This document shows positions 18,830 through 31,000 of a DNA stretch of 64,000 bases, in pieces. Position numbers and translations under genes: made by a program. Under the pieces are notes generated by a model that worked only from the letters and a program-made list of their open reading frames with translations, did no database searches and was not told where the DNA came from. The stretch comes from Candidatus Hydrogenedentota bacterium (GTDB lineage Bacteria; Hydrogenedentota; Hydrogenedentia; Hydrogenedentales; JAEUWI01): NCBI GenBank assembly GCA_034669905.1, contig JAXMOL010000014.1, forward strand, positions 81,527-145,526, written 5' to 3'. Every line of letters starts with the position of its first letter. Positions within the stretch are counted from its first letter, which is position 1.

Positions 18830-20035
18830 ATGGAGCGCAATCTCTCCCGATACCCGGCCTATGCCACCGCCTTCTCCGCCCACTTCTGGCTCCCCGTTTT
18901 CTTTCTCTACTTTCAGACCCACCTCACGGTCGCCGAAGTGCTCCGACTTGAAGCCCTCTACTATCTCGCCGTGGTCGCCACCGAGTTGCCCTCCGGCTAT
19001 TTTTCCGATGCCATCGGACGCCGCATCACCCTCATCATTGCAGCCGCCAGTGTGACCCTCGCCCACGCCTTCTTTTTCTTTGGCGATGGATTCGCTCCCT
19101 TCGCCGTCGGGCAAGTTCTCCTTGCCACGGGCATGGCCTTTAACTCAGGCACCAACACAGCCCTCCACTTTGACACCCTGGCCCGACTCGGACGCACGGA
19201 AGAGTATGACCAGCGGGAAGCACGGGTCTCCCGACTCACCTTTCTGGGCAGTGGCGTCGCCGCCCTCGCCGGGGGCGCGGCAGCCAGCTTCGGACTCCAC
19301 TATGCCTATGCCCTGTCACTCGCAGGTGGCCTGGTGGCCCTGGGCTGCGCCATTTCCATGAAAGAGCCCCACCACCAAGATGGCCGAACCGCCCCCCTTA
19401 CCCTGGGTGACTTTCACGGCAAGGTATTTCGCGCCCTCGGGGAACTGCGTCAGCCCGCACTCTGCTGGCTTTCCGCCTATGGCGTCATCATGATCATCCT
19501 CAATCACCTGCCCTACGAGTTCTACCAACCCTGGCTGGATCGCCTCCTGCAAGGCCCTTCCTTCCTCGAAGGAGCCACCCCCATCAGCTCGGGCATTGTC
19601 ACCCTTATCACCATGCTCATCGCCAGCCAGGTGGCCGGCCGCAGCATCTATATACGCGATCGCATCGGCCTCGTGCCCACCCTATTATTGGGCACCGCCT
19701 TGCAGGCCCTCATACTGGCCGCTATGGCCGCCTTTATTCATCCCCTGGTCGTCTTCCTCATCCTGCTACGGAGTTGCCCACGGGGCATTATGACCGCCCC
19801 CCGCAACGCCGCAGTAAACCCCCTCATCAACGAAGAGCACCGCGCCACCTACCTCTCCCTCGAGAGCCTGGCCGGGCGACTCGCGTTCTCCGTCACCCTG
19901 TGGAGCCTGGCGGGCGTCGGAAACCTCGACAACGATCTGCAGGCCGTGCTCTGGGTATCCACCGCCATCGCCCTCACCGGGTTCCTGGTGCTGGCCCTTT
20001 CCGCCATCCCCCTGATGAAGAAAAAGCCGCTGTAG
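18830..20035 (+). CDS. MFS transporter
   Basis: ELPSGYFSDAIGRRITL (motif A-like), about 12 hydrophobic segments, RATYLS. Confidence 0.85.
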   Translation: MERNLSRYPAYATAFSAHFWLPVFFLYFQTHLTVAEVLRLEALYYLAVVATELPSGYFSDAIGRRITLIIAAASVTLAHAFFFFGDGFAPFAVGQVLLATGMAFNSGTNTALHFDTLARLGRTEEYDQREARVSRLTFLGSGVAALAGGAAASFGLHYAYALSLAGGLVALGCAISMKEPHHQDGRTAPLTLGDFHGKVFRALGELRQPALCWLSAYGVIMIILNHLPYEFYQPWLDRLLQGPSFLEGATPISSGIVTLITMLIASQVAGRSIYIRDRIGLVPTLLLGTALQALILAAMAAFIHPLVVFLILLRSCPRGIMTAPRNAAVNPLINEEHRATYLSLESLAGRLAFSVTLWSLAGVGNLDNDLQAVLWVSTAIALTGFLVLALSAIPLMKKKPL

Positions 20036-20080
20036 TCTCCAATGGGAAACCACAGCGGCTCAGCGATTCATCGGTAACGC

Positions 20081-23000
20081 TTAGCTGCGTGCCGGCCGAC
20101 GACGCACCAGGAAGAGCAGGGCCAGAACACCCAACATGAGGGTCAGGTCGGTGACCAGGCCACCACCAATGGGTGTGGTAGGCGCACAGGTCATACCGGG
20201 CTCTTTCTCGCCTTCCCCTTCGCCCTCACCTTCTCCTTCGCCCTCGCCCTCGCCTTCACCTTCGGTGCCCACCTGGTTACCCATGGGCACCACGACACTC
20301 TTGATTTCGCCCGCACCAACCGTGACGCCTACGTTCGCATCCACATAGCCATTCGATACGCAGACCACATCATAGGCCCCGGCGATAACCGCGGGGAACG
20401 CATAGACGCCGGCCTCGTTTTCGGTTACCGGACCAAAGCCCGTGCCCTGCAGGGTGACCGTCGCCGCCGTCAGACGCTTCTGGTCACTCTTATCGAAAAG
20501 GGTGCAGAACACACTCGACGCCAGTACGGCCGAACCCGCCTTCAATTTGGGCAGGAAGTCACCCGGACCCGAAATCAGGGCGTCCACTTCATTATCATCA
20601 TCCGTGCCCCAGTCGTTGTTCTCCATGCGGAGCACATCGTCGGTTTCATTGATCACGGCTATCGGATTCTCGACGGGATTGGTACCTTCCGCATTGAACG
20701 TGAAGGTATTGAACCCGCTCCGCGAATCGGTCTCGGAGCTCAGGCCACCGTCCGCATCAAGCGAAGCCGTGCTGCGCACGTAGATACCCGCGATAGACGG
20801 GTCAATAAACATGCTCTTCCGGATAGTTGGCGCACCGCCCGTAATATCCACCCCGATACCCATATCGATGAAGTCGCAGCTGTCTATCAGTCCGGAGCTG
20901 GCCGCTGTGCCCTGGGCCAGAACGCCCGTCACACCCCGATCCGTCTCCACACCAAAGAAGCGTACACGCCGAATCTTCATCCCGCTGCTGTTCAGATTGA
21001 GCAACGTTCCGGTATTGGCCGTGGTCACCAGATCCACGTCTTCGAGGGACGCATTTTCGGCGCCAGACACCGTGCCCGTAATCGTGGCCGTCGCCGCACC
21101 CTTCGTGCTCGTGCGCGGCGGACCAATCACCGACACATTGGCCACCAACGATAGATTCTCGTTATAGGTACCTGCGCTGAGCAAGATTCGCTCGACCGTG
21201 CCGGAAGACTCCGCCGCCACGCCGAGGGCGAACCCGATGCTCCGCAGCGGTGTGCTGGCACTGCCATTACTCGCAACGTCCGCACCATTTTCGGAATCAA
21301 CATACAGCGATTTGCCCGGATCATCGGGGTCTATCGGATTCGTTTCGGCCAGGAACTCTTCCAGGTTGCTGAGGCCATCGCCATCCTGGTCGGTAAAATT
21401 GTCGGGTTCTTCCGCGGGCGACAACGGATTCAGTCCAAAGCGAATTTCGAAGCCATCGGTCATACCATCCCCATCGGTATCCGGGTTGTCCGGATCGGTG
21501 CCCGCCATCATCTCATCGCAATCGGTCGCACCGTCGCCGTCACTATCGGTAATCGTGTCTTCACACTCCCCTTCTCCCTCGCCTTCACCGCCCCCCTGGG
21601 CAGCCACCGGCGCACTCAGTGCGGATGAGTCGCCGTTACCTGCGCTGGTCTGGAGCGCGGTGTAATTGCTACCCGCTGGAATACCGCCTTTGGCCCGGCT
21701 CGGAATCGTAAAGGCCCACTGCCCAGAGGTATTCGCCGATGTCGTACCCAGAAATTCTCGGGCCTCATCTTCCGTGTCGCTGAAAACAGATACCAGCGCG
21801 TTGGGAATTGCCGTTCCCGATAGGGTGTTGGCCAATACCTGCGTTATCACCGGCGGCTGAATATCGTTGTTGGCCCCGTTGGACAACGCGATAGCCACGC
21901 CCCCGTTCCCATAGATTAAATTCCCTAAAAATCTGTTGCGCACCGTCGTCGCACCATCGACGAACAAGCCGGCGGCGGTGTTACCCGCGATAACATTTAG
22001 CTGCAGCAACTCGATAAACTCGTCCGATCCGGAACCTCCTTTGATGACCTTCATTGGACCGCCCAACTTTTCACCCTGCGCCAGACCTTGGAAGAATTGA
22101 CCGTCCGAAAAGCCGACGAAAGTCTGGGTGACACCATCGAGAAGGCGAATACCGTTGGGATTGTTCCCCACGGTGGCGTTACCCGCTCGGTTGATACCGA
22201 TACCAGCGCCGAAGATAAGAGTGCCTTCCGCATCCCCGGAGATCGATATACCGCCACCGGCAGTACCATCGCCATTGCCGGATATTAGAAGACCATACTG
22301 TCCGGCCTCATACCCCAGAAAAACGGTACTGTCGCTGCCATTGCTGATTTGAACCCCATTACTGCGATTGGGCACGGCCTCCATACCGCTGACGTCCAGG
22401 CCGATAAAGTTGTTGTAGATCGCATTGGCATCCGAATCTTCGCCGTCAATCAGCACCCCCACCTCGTTGCCCGAAATAACATTGCGGAGCGAAGGCAACG
22501 TAGCGCCGATGAGATTACCGGAACCTCCCCCATCGATCTGGATACCCGCGAGACCATTACCCCCGTCACCAGATTCACCGAGGCCGATTTCGCACCCGAA
22601 AACGGAATTTTGACTGGCGGAGAATCCCGTAAACAGGATGCCGGCACCCGGGAAGTTGACGATTCGAAGACCCTCTATCAGCACAGAGTCCCCTTCGACC
22701 TGAAGCCCATGTTGCCCATTGCTGAGAAGACTTCCATCCAGGGTAATGCCACCACCACCGCGCACGTAGAGATCGCTTGCCGTGCTCGGCAAGATGGGCA
22801 GCGCACTGTTCAAGACGATAGTGCCCACCACACTAAACGAAATTTCGATATCTTCCAGGGTCTGGACCGCCATCAATACCTCGCGGAGCGATACCTTCCC
22901 ATCGGCTCCGGGACTGTTCAGGAGATTCGTCAGGTTGGACGCATCGGGCGCATCCGCCACATCAGAAAGCGTATCCACCACCACCTCAAAGACACCGTTT

Positions 23001-24766
23001 TCCAGGAGCGCCAGATCCAGCAACTCGTTGAAGGTTATCAAATCGTCGCCGTTACTATCGGCATTGTTGAAATCTATACTTGACCGACTGGTCTCATTGA
23101 TAAACTCTAACTCCGTCAACGCATCGTCCCGATCGGTGTCACCCGACAGAAAGATGTTGATGATCTGCTGCGGGCTGCCGGTCAAGCTAATCGGAATCGG
23201 AACGCCTTCACTGAACGCCGACGTGTTCAGCGCGGTGTCGGTAACCGTCGCGGTGAGCGTGCTGACGTGGGTAAAATTCAGGGTACTGGAAGACGTAAAC
23301 ATGCCGTTTCCATCCGCAGTCGTCTCATCGTAGTACAACTCGCCCTCGTCATCACTCCCGTAGAAAAACTGGACCGTTCCATTGGGCACGGTCTGGCCCG
23401 TAATAAAACCGTCCACCATGAGTGGATCCAGCGTTGGGGGCACGATACCCTCTTGGGCACCATTCTGCAGGTCAATACCCAGACCGCCGTTGTCAAAGAT
23501 CGAATTGCGTGATATCCTGTTGAAGCGACAATTGCCACCATCCATCCGGATCCCCGCACCGCCGTTGTGCGCGATAGAATTACCGGTCGAGAAGGAGTCG
23601 CCACCGATGGTGTTGTTGGTCGAATCCCCCACCAACGTAATCCCCGACGAGCCGTTGGGCACTTCGGTGAAAAAGTCGGAAGACTGGCCGATGAAGTTGC
23701 CTTGAATCATATTGTTGGAAGAGGAGAGTAGATAGACACCTTCCGTCGTGTTACCGCCAATCACATTGCGACCCGAGAAAAACGTGGAACCAATCTGATT
23801 GTTCTCCGCGCCGCCCGTGCCGTCGACATAGATCCCCTCATCGTTCGGTATCGGCGTCCTATCATCGCCGGCCACGCCAATCCGATTGCCTTCGACCATA
23901 TTGCCGGTGGACGCACCCCGTAATTCCAGGCCGGCAAAGCGATTGCCCGAAAGAATATTCCCCTCGCCGCTCGCCGTGCCACCAATCATGTTGTTCGTCG
24001 CGCCATTAATCAGAATGCCATTTCCGCCATTCTCCACCTCCACCTGGCCGGTCGCGTCCGTGCCGATAAAATTACCCTGGATGGAATTCATTGAACTCCC
24101 CCCCGTAATCAACACCCCATCCAGCACGTTGCCGGAAATGATATTGCGATCCACCTCCGTCGTGCCCCCCACCTGATTAAGGGATGCGCCATCCTCTATG
24201 ACCACGCCATAGGTATTGAAAAGGTTTATCGCCCCTTTCGATTTCAAATTAGCACTCAGACCCAACGTGCAGCCCACGACCGTATTGTTGGTCGCGCCCA
24301 CCCCCGTAATCCGCACGGCCGCCTGGAAGCCCACGATAGTCGCATCTCGAATTACATTCCCCGAACCGAGCAGTCGAATGCCGTCAATCGACGGGGTTCC
24401 ACTGCCGTTGAGCAGCGTCAGCTTGTCTTCTCCCTCGATAGTCAGGGTACCCGACGCCACATCAACGTCGGGAAGGGCGTTTTCCACGATATACTCACCC
24501 GCTTCGAAGAACGTGATGATTGCGCCGTCGATCGTGGAATTGGCCGCGAACATGGCTTCCCTCAAGGAAATCTTGCCATCCGGCCCGGGATTTTCGGTTA
24601 TCGTCGTGAGCGACGTGGGGTCTCCATCGAAGACATCTTCGAAGGTGGTCACTTGGATTGTGTCCGTCCCCTTCTCCGCTCCCTGCACAAGCGATGGATT
24701 CGCCATGGAAAGTAACAGGGCGAAGGCCCCGCCGATTACCGTTCTAAGACCTGGCTTCACTATCAT
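20081..24766 (-). CDS. Large surface protein: right-handed beta-helix repeats, EF-hand-like and DxDGDG repeats, DUF1565-like module, GE linker, C-terminal anchor
   Basis: ISLREA motifs, N-x-IGG...NxISGN repeats, DSDGDG/DTDGDG, GEGEGE linkers, terminal TM followed by RRR. Start chosen at ATG 24766; the ORF is open to 24961. Confidence 0.8.
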   Translation of the reverse strand: MIVKPGLRTVIGGAFALLLSMANPSLVQGAEKGTDTIQVTTFEDVFDGDPTSLTTITENPGPDGKISLREAMFAANSTIDGAIITFFEAGEYIVENALPDVDVASGTLTIEGEDKLTLLNGSGTPSIDGIRLLGSGNVIRDATIVGFQAAVRITGVGATNNTVVGCTLGLSANLKSKGAINLFNTYGVVIEDGASLNQVGGTTEVDRNIISGNVLDGVLITGGSSMNSIQGNFIGTDATGQVEVENGGNGILINGATNNMIGGTASGEGNILSGNRFAGLELRGASTGNMVEGNRIGVAGDDRTPIPNDEGIYVDGTGGAENNQIGSTFFSGRNVIGGNTTEGVYLLSSSNNMIQGNFIGQSSDFFTEVPNGSSGITLVGDSTNNTIGGDSFSTGNSIAHNGGAGIRMDGGNCRFNRISRNSIFDNGGLGIDLQNGAQEGIVPPTLDPLMVDGFITGQTVPNGTVQFFYGSDDEGELYYDETTADGNGMFTSSSTLNFTHVSTLTATVTDTALNTSAFSEGVPIPISLTGSPQQIINIFLSGDTDRDDALTELEFINETSRSSIDFNNADSNGDDLITFNELLDLALLENGVFEVVVDTLSDVADAPDASNLTNLLNSPGADGKVSLREVLMAVQTLEDIEISFSVVGTIVLNSALPILPSTASDLYVRGGGGITLDGSLLSNGQHGLQVEGDSVLIEGLRIVNFPGAGILFTGFSASQNSVFGCEIGLGESGDGGNGLAGIQIDGGGSGNLIGATLPSLRNVISGNEVGVLIDGEDSDANAIYNNFIGLDVSGMEAVPNRSNGVQISNGSDSTVFLGYEAGQYGLLISGNGDGTAGGGISISGDAEGTLIFGAGIGINRAGNATVGNNPNGIRLLDGVTQTFVGFSDGQFFQGLAQGEKLGGPMKVIKGGSGSDEFIELLQLNVIAGNTAAGLFVDGATTVRNRFLGNLIYGNGGVAIALSNGANNDIQPPVITQVLANTLSGTAIPNALVSVFSDTEDEAREFLGTTSANTSGQWAFTIPSRAKGGIPAGSNYTALQTSAGNGDSSALSAPVAAQGGGEGEGEGECEDTITDSDGDGATDCDEMMAGTDPDNPDTDGDGMTDGFEIRFGLNPLSPAEEPDNFTDQDGDGLSNLEEFLAETNPIDPDDPGKSLYVDSENGADVASNGSASTPLRSIGFALGVAAESSGTVERILLSAGTYNENLSLVANVSVIGPPRTSTKGAATATITGTVSGAENASLEDVDLVTTANTGTLLNLNSSGMKIRRVRFFGVETDRGVTGVLAQGTAASSGLIDSCDFIDMGIGVDITGGAPTIRKSMFIDPSIAGIYVRSTASLDADGGLSSETDSRSGFNTFTFNAEGTNPVENPIAVINETDDVLRMENNDWGTDDDNEVDALISGPGDFLPKLKAGSAVLASSVFCTLFDKSDQKRLTAATVTLQGTGFGPVTENEAGVYAFPAVIAGAYDVVCVSNGYVDANVGVTVGAGEIKSVVVPMGNQVGTEGEGEGEGEGEGEGEGEGEKEPGMTCAPTTPIGGGLVTDLTLMLGVLALLFLVRRRPARS

Positions 24767-24999
24767 TCCTCTACCCATTCCTCTACCCACCTCTTGCGCC
24801 ACACACGTGCAGACGCGGTTTTTATGGCTATTTGAGTCAGACGCCTGACGAACGTGGCCCGCACGACCATGCCGTCTGCTGCCTGCGTCTCTTACAGTAT
24901 ACCTTACACGCGACGGACTTGCGCTGCTCCTTATTCTATTCCTGAGCACCGATTTCGTCACACGATCGCCCTGCGGGATATACGGATCGCGAACATCCC

Positions 25000-25050
25000 A
25001 AAAAACAAAGAAACGGCGGAGAGAACCCAGGTTGGGCTCACTCCGCCGTT
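25000..25050 (-). terminator. Rho-independent terminator between the two surface-protein genes
   Basis: Hairpin AACGGCGGAG...CTCCGCCGTT followed on the minus strand by TCTTTGTTTTTT. Confidence 0.75.
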
Positions 25051-25068
25051 GTGGTTTGTCAGGGTTAT

Positions 25069-28000
25069 TTAGTCGCGCCCATCCCTGCGGATACGGACAC
25101 CCGCCCGGTGGCTGACCAGCAGCACACCCAGCAGCAACGCCACCAGCAGCATATCGCTACCGATTCCACCGATGGGGCCCTTCGCCGGACTACAGCTCGG
25201 ACCACCCTCTTTGATGACCGGGCTTGTCAGGGCCACGATGCGTGATCCCAGTTCACCGACAGCCAACACCACATCGGTGCTCTGCTCTTCGAAGCCAAAG
25301 GCCGATACGGAGATGGCATAGCTGCCACTGCGGAGGACCGGCAAAGCGTAGACGCCGTTGCGGTTCCGGGTGACCGATACGGAGGCACCGGAGGAATCCG
25401 TCACCGTGACTTCCGCCGTGGAAATCCGGGTCTGATTCGCGGCCGTCCAGACCGTCACAAAGAGGCTGGACGTGTCACCCGCCGTGCCCGGCACAAGCAA
25501 GGGCTCTACATCCACCGGGCCACTGACCAGATTGCTCTGGATAGCGTTCACATCGGTCGTTCCCCAGTCGTTCTGTTCGGCGCGCAAGGTCGTGCTCAGG
25601 GAATTAATCACCGCACGCCCTTCAACCACACCGGCGAAGAGATTCGAGCCGGTCGACGGGTCACTGACGTTACCCAGCGATACGCCACTGCTGATGCTGG
25701 CGGTAGCGCGGACGAAGACGCCAGCCACACTGGTGTTTTCAAAGGTACAACGACGAATCATGGGCAGCGCGCCACCCACATCAATACCCACCGAGAGGCT
25801 GGTAAACAGGCATCCATCCACCACCGAGTCGGCGGTATTGGAACCATCCACCATGATACCGGCAGCGGGTCGTGCCGCCGATCCCCGGAAGATAACATTC
25901 GTCACGGTCATCAAAACGTTGTCCATCACCAGCATGACATCGTCGCTGGTGAAGGCCGCGATCTCGAGATTCTCCAGGGCGCTGTTGTTGGCACCAAAGA
26001 CCGTACCTTCAATCCGCGGCACCGTGCCCGTGGCACCCACCAGGGTCACCCAGGGCTTGAGCACCACGTCTTCGGCATAATTTCCTTCACCCACAATCAG
26101 GCGGACCGGATTGGTGGCCGAAGGCGCAACCTGCTCCAGCGCGTAGCTGATGGTGTTCCACGGAGAAGCCGCCGAGCCACCGATGGTCGCATTCGCACCG
26201 TTAGCGGCGATGAAGAAGGACTCCGCCGGGCTGTTCGGATCCGTCGGATCAGAGCCAATCAGGAATTCTTCCAACTGGCTGAGGCCGTCACCGTCCAGGT
26301 CGATTTCGGAATCCGGCGTGGAGGGGCTGGAACCCGTTTCTTCTTCCACATTATCCGGCACACCATCGCCATCGGAGTCGATGCTGTTGTCGCTCGTACC
26401 GAGGCACGCCTCCACACAAGCCGACAGGCCATCGCCGTCTTCATCGATTTCGTTGGCCGCATCCGACTCACACTGCGTTTCACAGGGTGCGGGGCACTGG
26501 GCCACGATGACCGTACGCGTAACCCGCTGGGCCACGTTGCCGAAGCTGTCGGTCACGTCGTAATTTACAAAGTACTGTCCGGAAGTCGTCGTATCGACGC
26601 TGCCAGAAATTACGATATTGTTGCTCAGGTCGCCGTCACAGGCATCCGATGCCGTGGCACCCAATTCGTCGTACATGCCATTGCACGCCACGTTTACCGT
26701 GGCCGAACCGTTCAGGATGATCGTCGGCACCGTGGTATCTTCCACCCGGACGATACGCGTCACCGGAATGGCCACGTTACCGGCCGCATCGCTGGCCGTG
26801 TAGGTCAGCGTGTAGTTACCCGGCTCGGAGCTGTCCACCACGCCCGAAACAATCGCCGGCAGATCGCCGTCGCAGGCATCCTGCACCGTCGCACCGGGGT
26901 CCGCGAAGTTGTCGCTGCAGGCCACCGTCAGGTCGGCACCACCCACCAGCGTAATCACCGGTACCGTCGTGTCCACCACATTCACCACGCGAATCACCTC
27001 TGCCGCCACATTGCCGGAGGCATCGGTCGCATTGTAGCGAACGGTATACACACCCACCGTACCCGGCTCCACCGGATTCGTCGTGGTAATCGTGACATCT
27101 GCGTCGCAGTTGTCGCTGACCGTCGCACCCGCATCCAGGTAGCCGGTACCACATTCCAGGGTGACCGATCCGCTGCCCAACAGGGTGATAACCGGCTTCG
27201 TCGTGTCGGCCACCGTTACCGTACGGGTAATCGGCGTGGACACATTGCCCTGGCTGTCCTGCGCTTCATAGGTCAGCACATAGACCCCGGGGTTGGCCGT
27301 ATCGACCGAACCCGTGACAGTTACGTTGACTTCGCCTTCACAGGCATCCGTCGCGGTCGCACCGGCATCTTCATAGACGCTGGCGCAATTGACGACCAAC
27401 GCCGAATTGCCGCTGAGCACCAGGTCCGGTGCTTCTGTATCCACCACCGTAATGCTTCGCTCAAGCGGCGTGGCCTCCTGGCCAGCGTTGTCGGATATCT
27501 CATAGCGAATCGTATAGCTGCCAAGCCCCGTCGTGGAGACCTCGGTCACCGGCGTGTTGCCCTGCAGGATCGTTACCACGATATTATTCGTAATGTTGCC
27601 ATCCACATCATCCGTGGCGGTGGCACCCGCATCCACATAGGGACCCGATCCGCATTCGATCTGCAGACTGGCGCTACCCAGCAGGGTCAGCACCGGGGGC
27701 TCCAAATCCACCAATAACGGGTCGCTGAATTCAGACGTATTCCCGTCGGCATCCGTCGCGGTCGCGGTGAGGAAACGGCCCGCATAAGACGTCAGGTCAA
27801 CGTCGATTTCAAAGAGGCCCGCACCATCGGCCGTGACCGTGGCAACCAACGTCTCCCCTTCGTCCTCGGCGTCCGCGAAAATCTCCACCGTGCTGTTGGC
27901 CTCCGCCGTGCCCGAAATCGGGGTAGCGGATTCGATTTCCGGTGATTCCAGATCGCCGTTGCCGCCGTTGGTGAGGTCGATACCCACACCCAGATTGTCC

Positions 28001-31000
28001 GTGATTTCATTGCCACGGATCGTGTTACCCAGGGAGGCCGCGCCGTCAATGCGAACGCCCGTGCCGTTGCCGCTGATCGTGTTGCCCGCACCGGCATCCG
28101 TTCCGCCGATGACATTGTTCGAGGCACTGCCTGCGACCGTCACGCCGCTGGACACGTTGCCCAGGGTGGCCGCGCCACTGGCGTTCAACCCGATGCCGTT
28201 ACCGAGCACCACGTTACCCGTGGTATCGGTGCTGGTGATATACACACCCGACTCGCTGTTGGCAGAAATGAGGTTGCCCTCGCCTTCGGCCGTGCCACCC
28301 ACTTCGTTGTCGGAGGCCTGATTCTGAATCAACACGCCGTGCTCGCCATTGGCCAGGCTCGCGCTTCCGGCCGCATTCACACCGATGTAGTTGCCGATCA
28401 CCCGGTTACCCGTGGTGTCCGCATCGGTCAGCGATACGCCGCTGTCCGTGTTCGAAGCGATTATGTTGCGATCGTCCGCGTCGGCACCACCCACGAGGTT
28501 ATCCGAGGCGCCGTTGCGAATCAGGACCCCGTGGCCGCCGTTACCCATAGCCGTCGAGCCATTGGTGCCAATATAGTTATCGGCGATGACGTTGCCCGTG
28601 GCGGATGCACCGACCACTTCGACACCGCTGCCCGGGAAATTAACAATCGTCAGCCCACGGAGGACGTTGTCCGCCGACGTAAGCTGCAGGCCCACCAGGT
28701 TACCGCCCAGGGCAGAGCCGTCAATGACCAACGTACCCGCGCCATCGATCGTCGTGCCGCCATCCGTCAGCGACGGAAGACCCGACGTCAGGAAGATGGT
28801 GCCACCCACGGTAAAGCTGATGGTGTCGGCACCCGCACGGTTGTTGGCCGCGATAATTGCTTCACGCAAGGAGATGACGCCGTCTTCACCCGGGTCCTTC
28901 AGCAGGTGTGCCGGGGACTGGGTATCGCCGTCGGCCACATCACTGACCGTGGAGACCGCCGCCGTATTCGTGTCGGCGTCAATCACGATCACCGTCGCCG
29001 TTGCACTTGGCGTATCACCCAGGATGTTGGTTACGACGCAACGGTAGGCGCCGGCATCCGTCAGCCGTGCGCCGGTGTTGCTCAGCGTCGCCGTCTGGGC
29101 GCCCGACACCGTGGCATCATCCACCACGTCTTCAAATTCGCTGGCACCCGAAGGAAGCACTTCCCACTGATAGGTGATAGGTTCGGAACCGGTGGCCGTC
29201 ACCGTAAGGGAGAAGCCTTCACCCGCGACTACCGTCACGCTATCCGGATTGTCGGTTAACGTGGGGGGCGTCAGCGAAAGGGGCTCAGAAAACTCCGACG
29301 TGCTACCCGTCGTGGTGTTGGTCGCTGTTGCCGTGATGTTGTTGGCCGTCAGGGAACCGATATCCACCGCAAGGGTGAAATCACCACTGCCATCCGCCGT
29401 CGTGCTGCCCAGGTAATTCTGGCCCTCATCGGCGTCATCCGAGAAGATATCCACCGTGGCATTGGCCAGCGCCGTACCCGCAATGGGACCAACACCCGTC
29501 ACAACCGGTGCAGCAATACTTTCGTTCGCCGTTTCTTCCAGGGCAATGCCCTTGAGCGTGTTGCCATAGATGGTGTTACCACGCACGGTGGACAGGCTGC
29601 TCACATCCAGGGTATCGCCACCCTTGATTCGAACGCCATTCTCCAGGTTGCCCGCGATAATGTTCCCTTCGCCAGCGCCAAAGCCACCCAGCTCAACTTC
29701 TTCATCCACCTGAAGCAAGGCCACGCCATTCGCGCCATTGGGAATAGTGGCCGTGCCCGTTGCCGCAAGACCAATACGGTTGCCGAAGATCTTGATGTTG
29801 TCCGGGGTACCGGTTGCGTCCGGACGACGACCGACGCGAATACCGTCTACGCCGTTACCCGAAATAACGTTCCCTTCACCCGCGTCCGTGCCGCCAATAA
29901 GGACCCGGCGTGCCTGTGGTCCTACCAGCACACCCATCAGACCATTCGGAATCGCCGCAGTGCCATCCTTATTGGTACCGATCAGATTACCCTGAATAAA
30001 CAGGACGGGTTGGTCACCGGCTCCCGCGGTCATCTGGTAAACCACGATACCGTCATTCGCGTTACCCGAAATAACGTTCCCCTCTCCCTCGCCCATGCCA
30101 CCGATGCGCACATTGTCCACATCCTGGGTCACATAGATGCCAGAGAAGGCATTGGGATTCGCCGACATACCGGTTACATCCACACCCACATAGTTGCTGT
30201 AGAAGAAGACGTCGCTCGCATTGAAAATGCTCACGCCCGTGGTGTTGGAAGAGAACAGGTTGCCGAAACCGGGGCTGCCGATATACAGATCAGAACCGCC
30301 CTCAATGGAAAAGCCCAGCGAACTACCTGTGGATTCGTTGCCTTCCACGCGTATGTTGGTGCAACCGGTAAGTCGAATATTGGACGCACCCAGCGTTCCG
30401 TTCACGTGGCCGCTGATTTTGTTGCCGGCACCTTCCATGGCACCACCAATTTCACCAGAGGCTAGCCCACTGAAATGCACACCGTCGGTGACGTTACGGG
30501 TGATAACGTTGCCGCGCACAATGTTGTTCGTCGATCCAACGCCCTGCACGTAGACGCCCTTACCGTACGTAGGACGACTGGCATTACCACAGGAAAGGGG
30601 ACAACCCCGCTCCGGTGCGCCGTTACGGGCAATGATATTTCCTTCCCCTTCTCCCGCACCACCGATCAGGTTGTCCGAGGCATTTCCGTCGATAACCACC
30701 CCTGCGTAGCCATTCGGGACCGGGTTCACCCCCGACACGTCCACACCAATATAGTTACCCTGAACCACGTTGTTGGTCGTACTCGCGCCACTGATGTAGA
30801 CACCGTGACCCAGGTCCAGCGTAAGGTACCCGATGACCTTGTCGTCCGCATCGAGAATTTCGGCAAGCTCGTTGGTGCCGTTACCCGATATGACGTTACG
30901 CTCATCGGAATCGCTACCACCAATGATATTGTTGTCGGCACCACCCAGAATCGCAATCCCGTGCTCGTGGTTACCGTTTGTCGTGCCCGTCGTACCAACG

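Noticed and set aside
24767..24790. 12-bp direct duplication TTCCTCTACCCA at the surface-protein start
   Set aside because: Only two copies; it merely creates alternative starts and has no other support.
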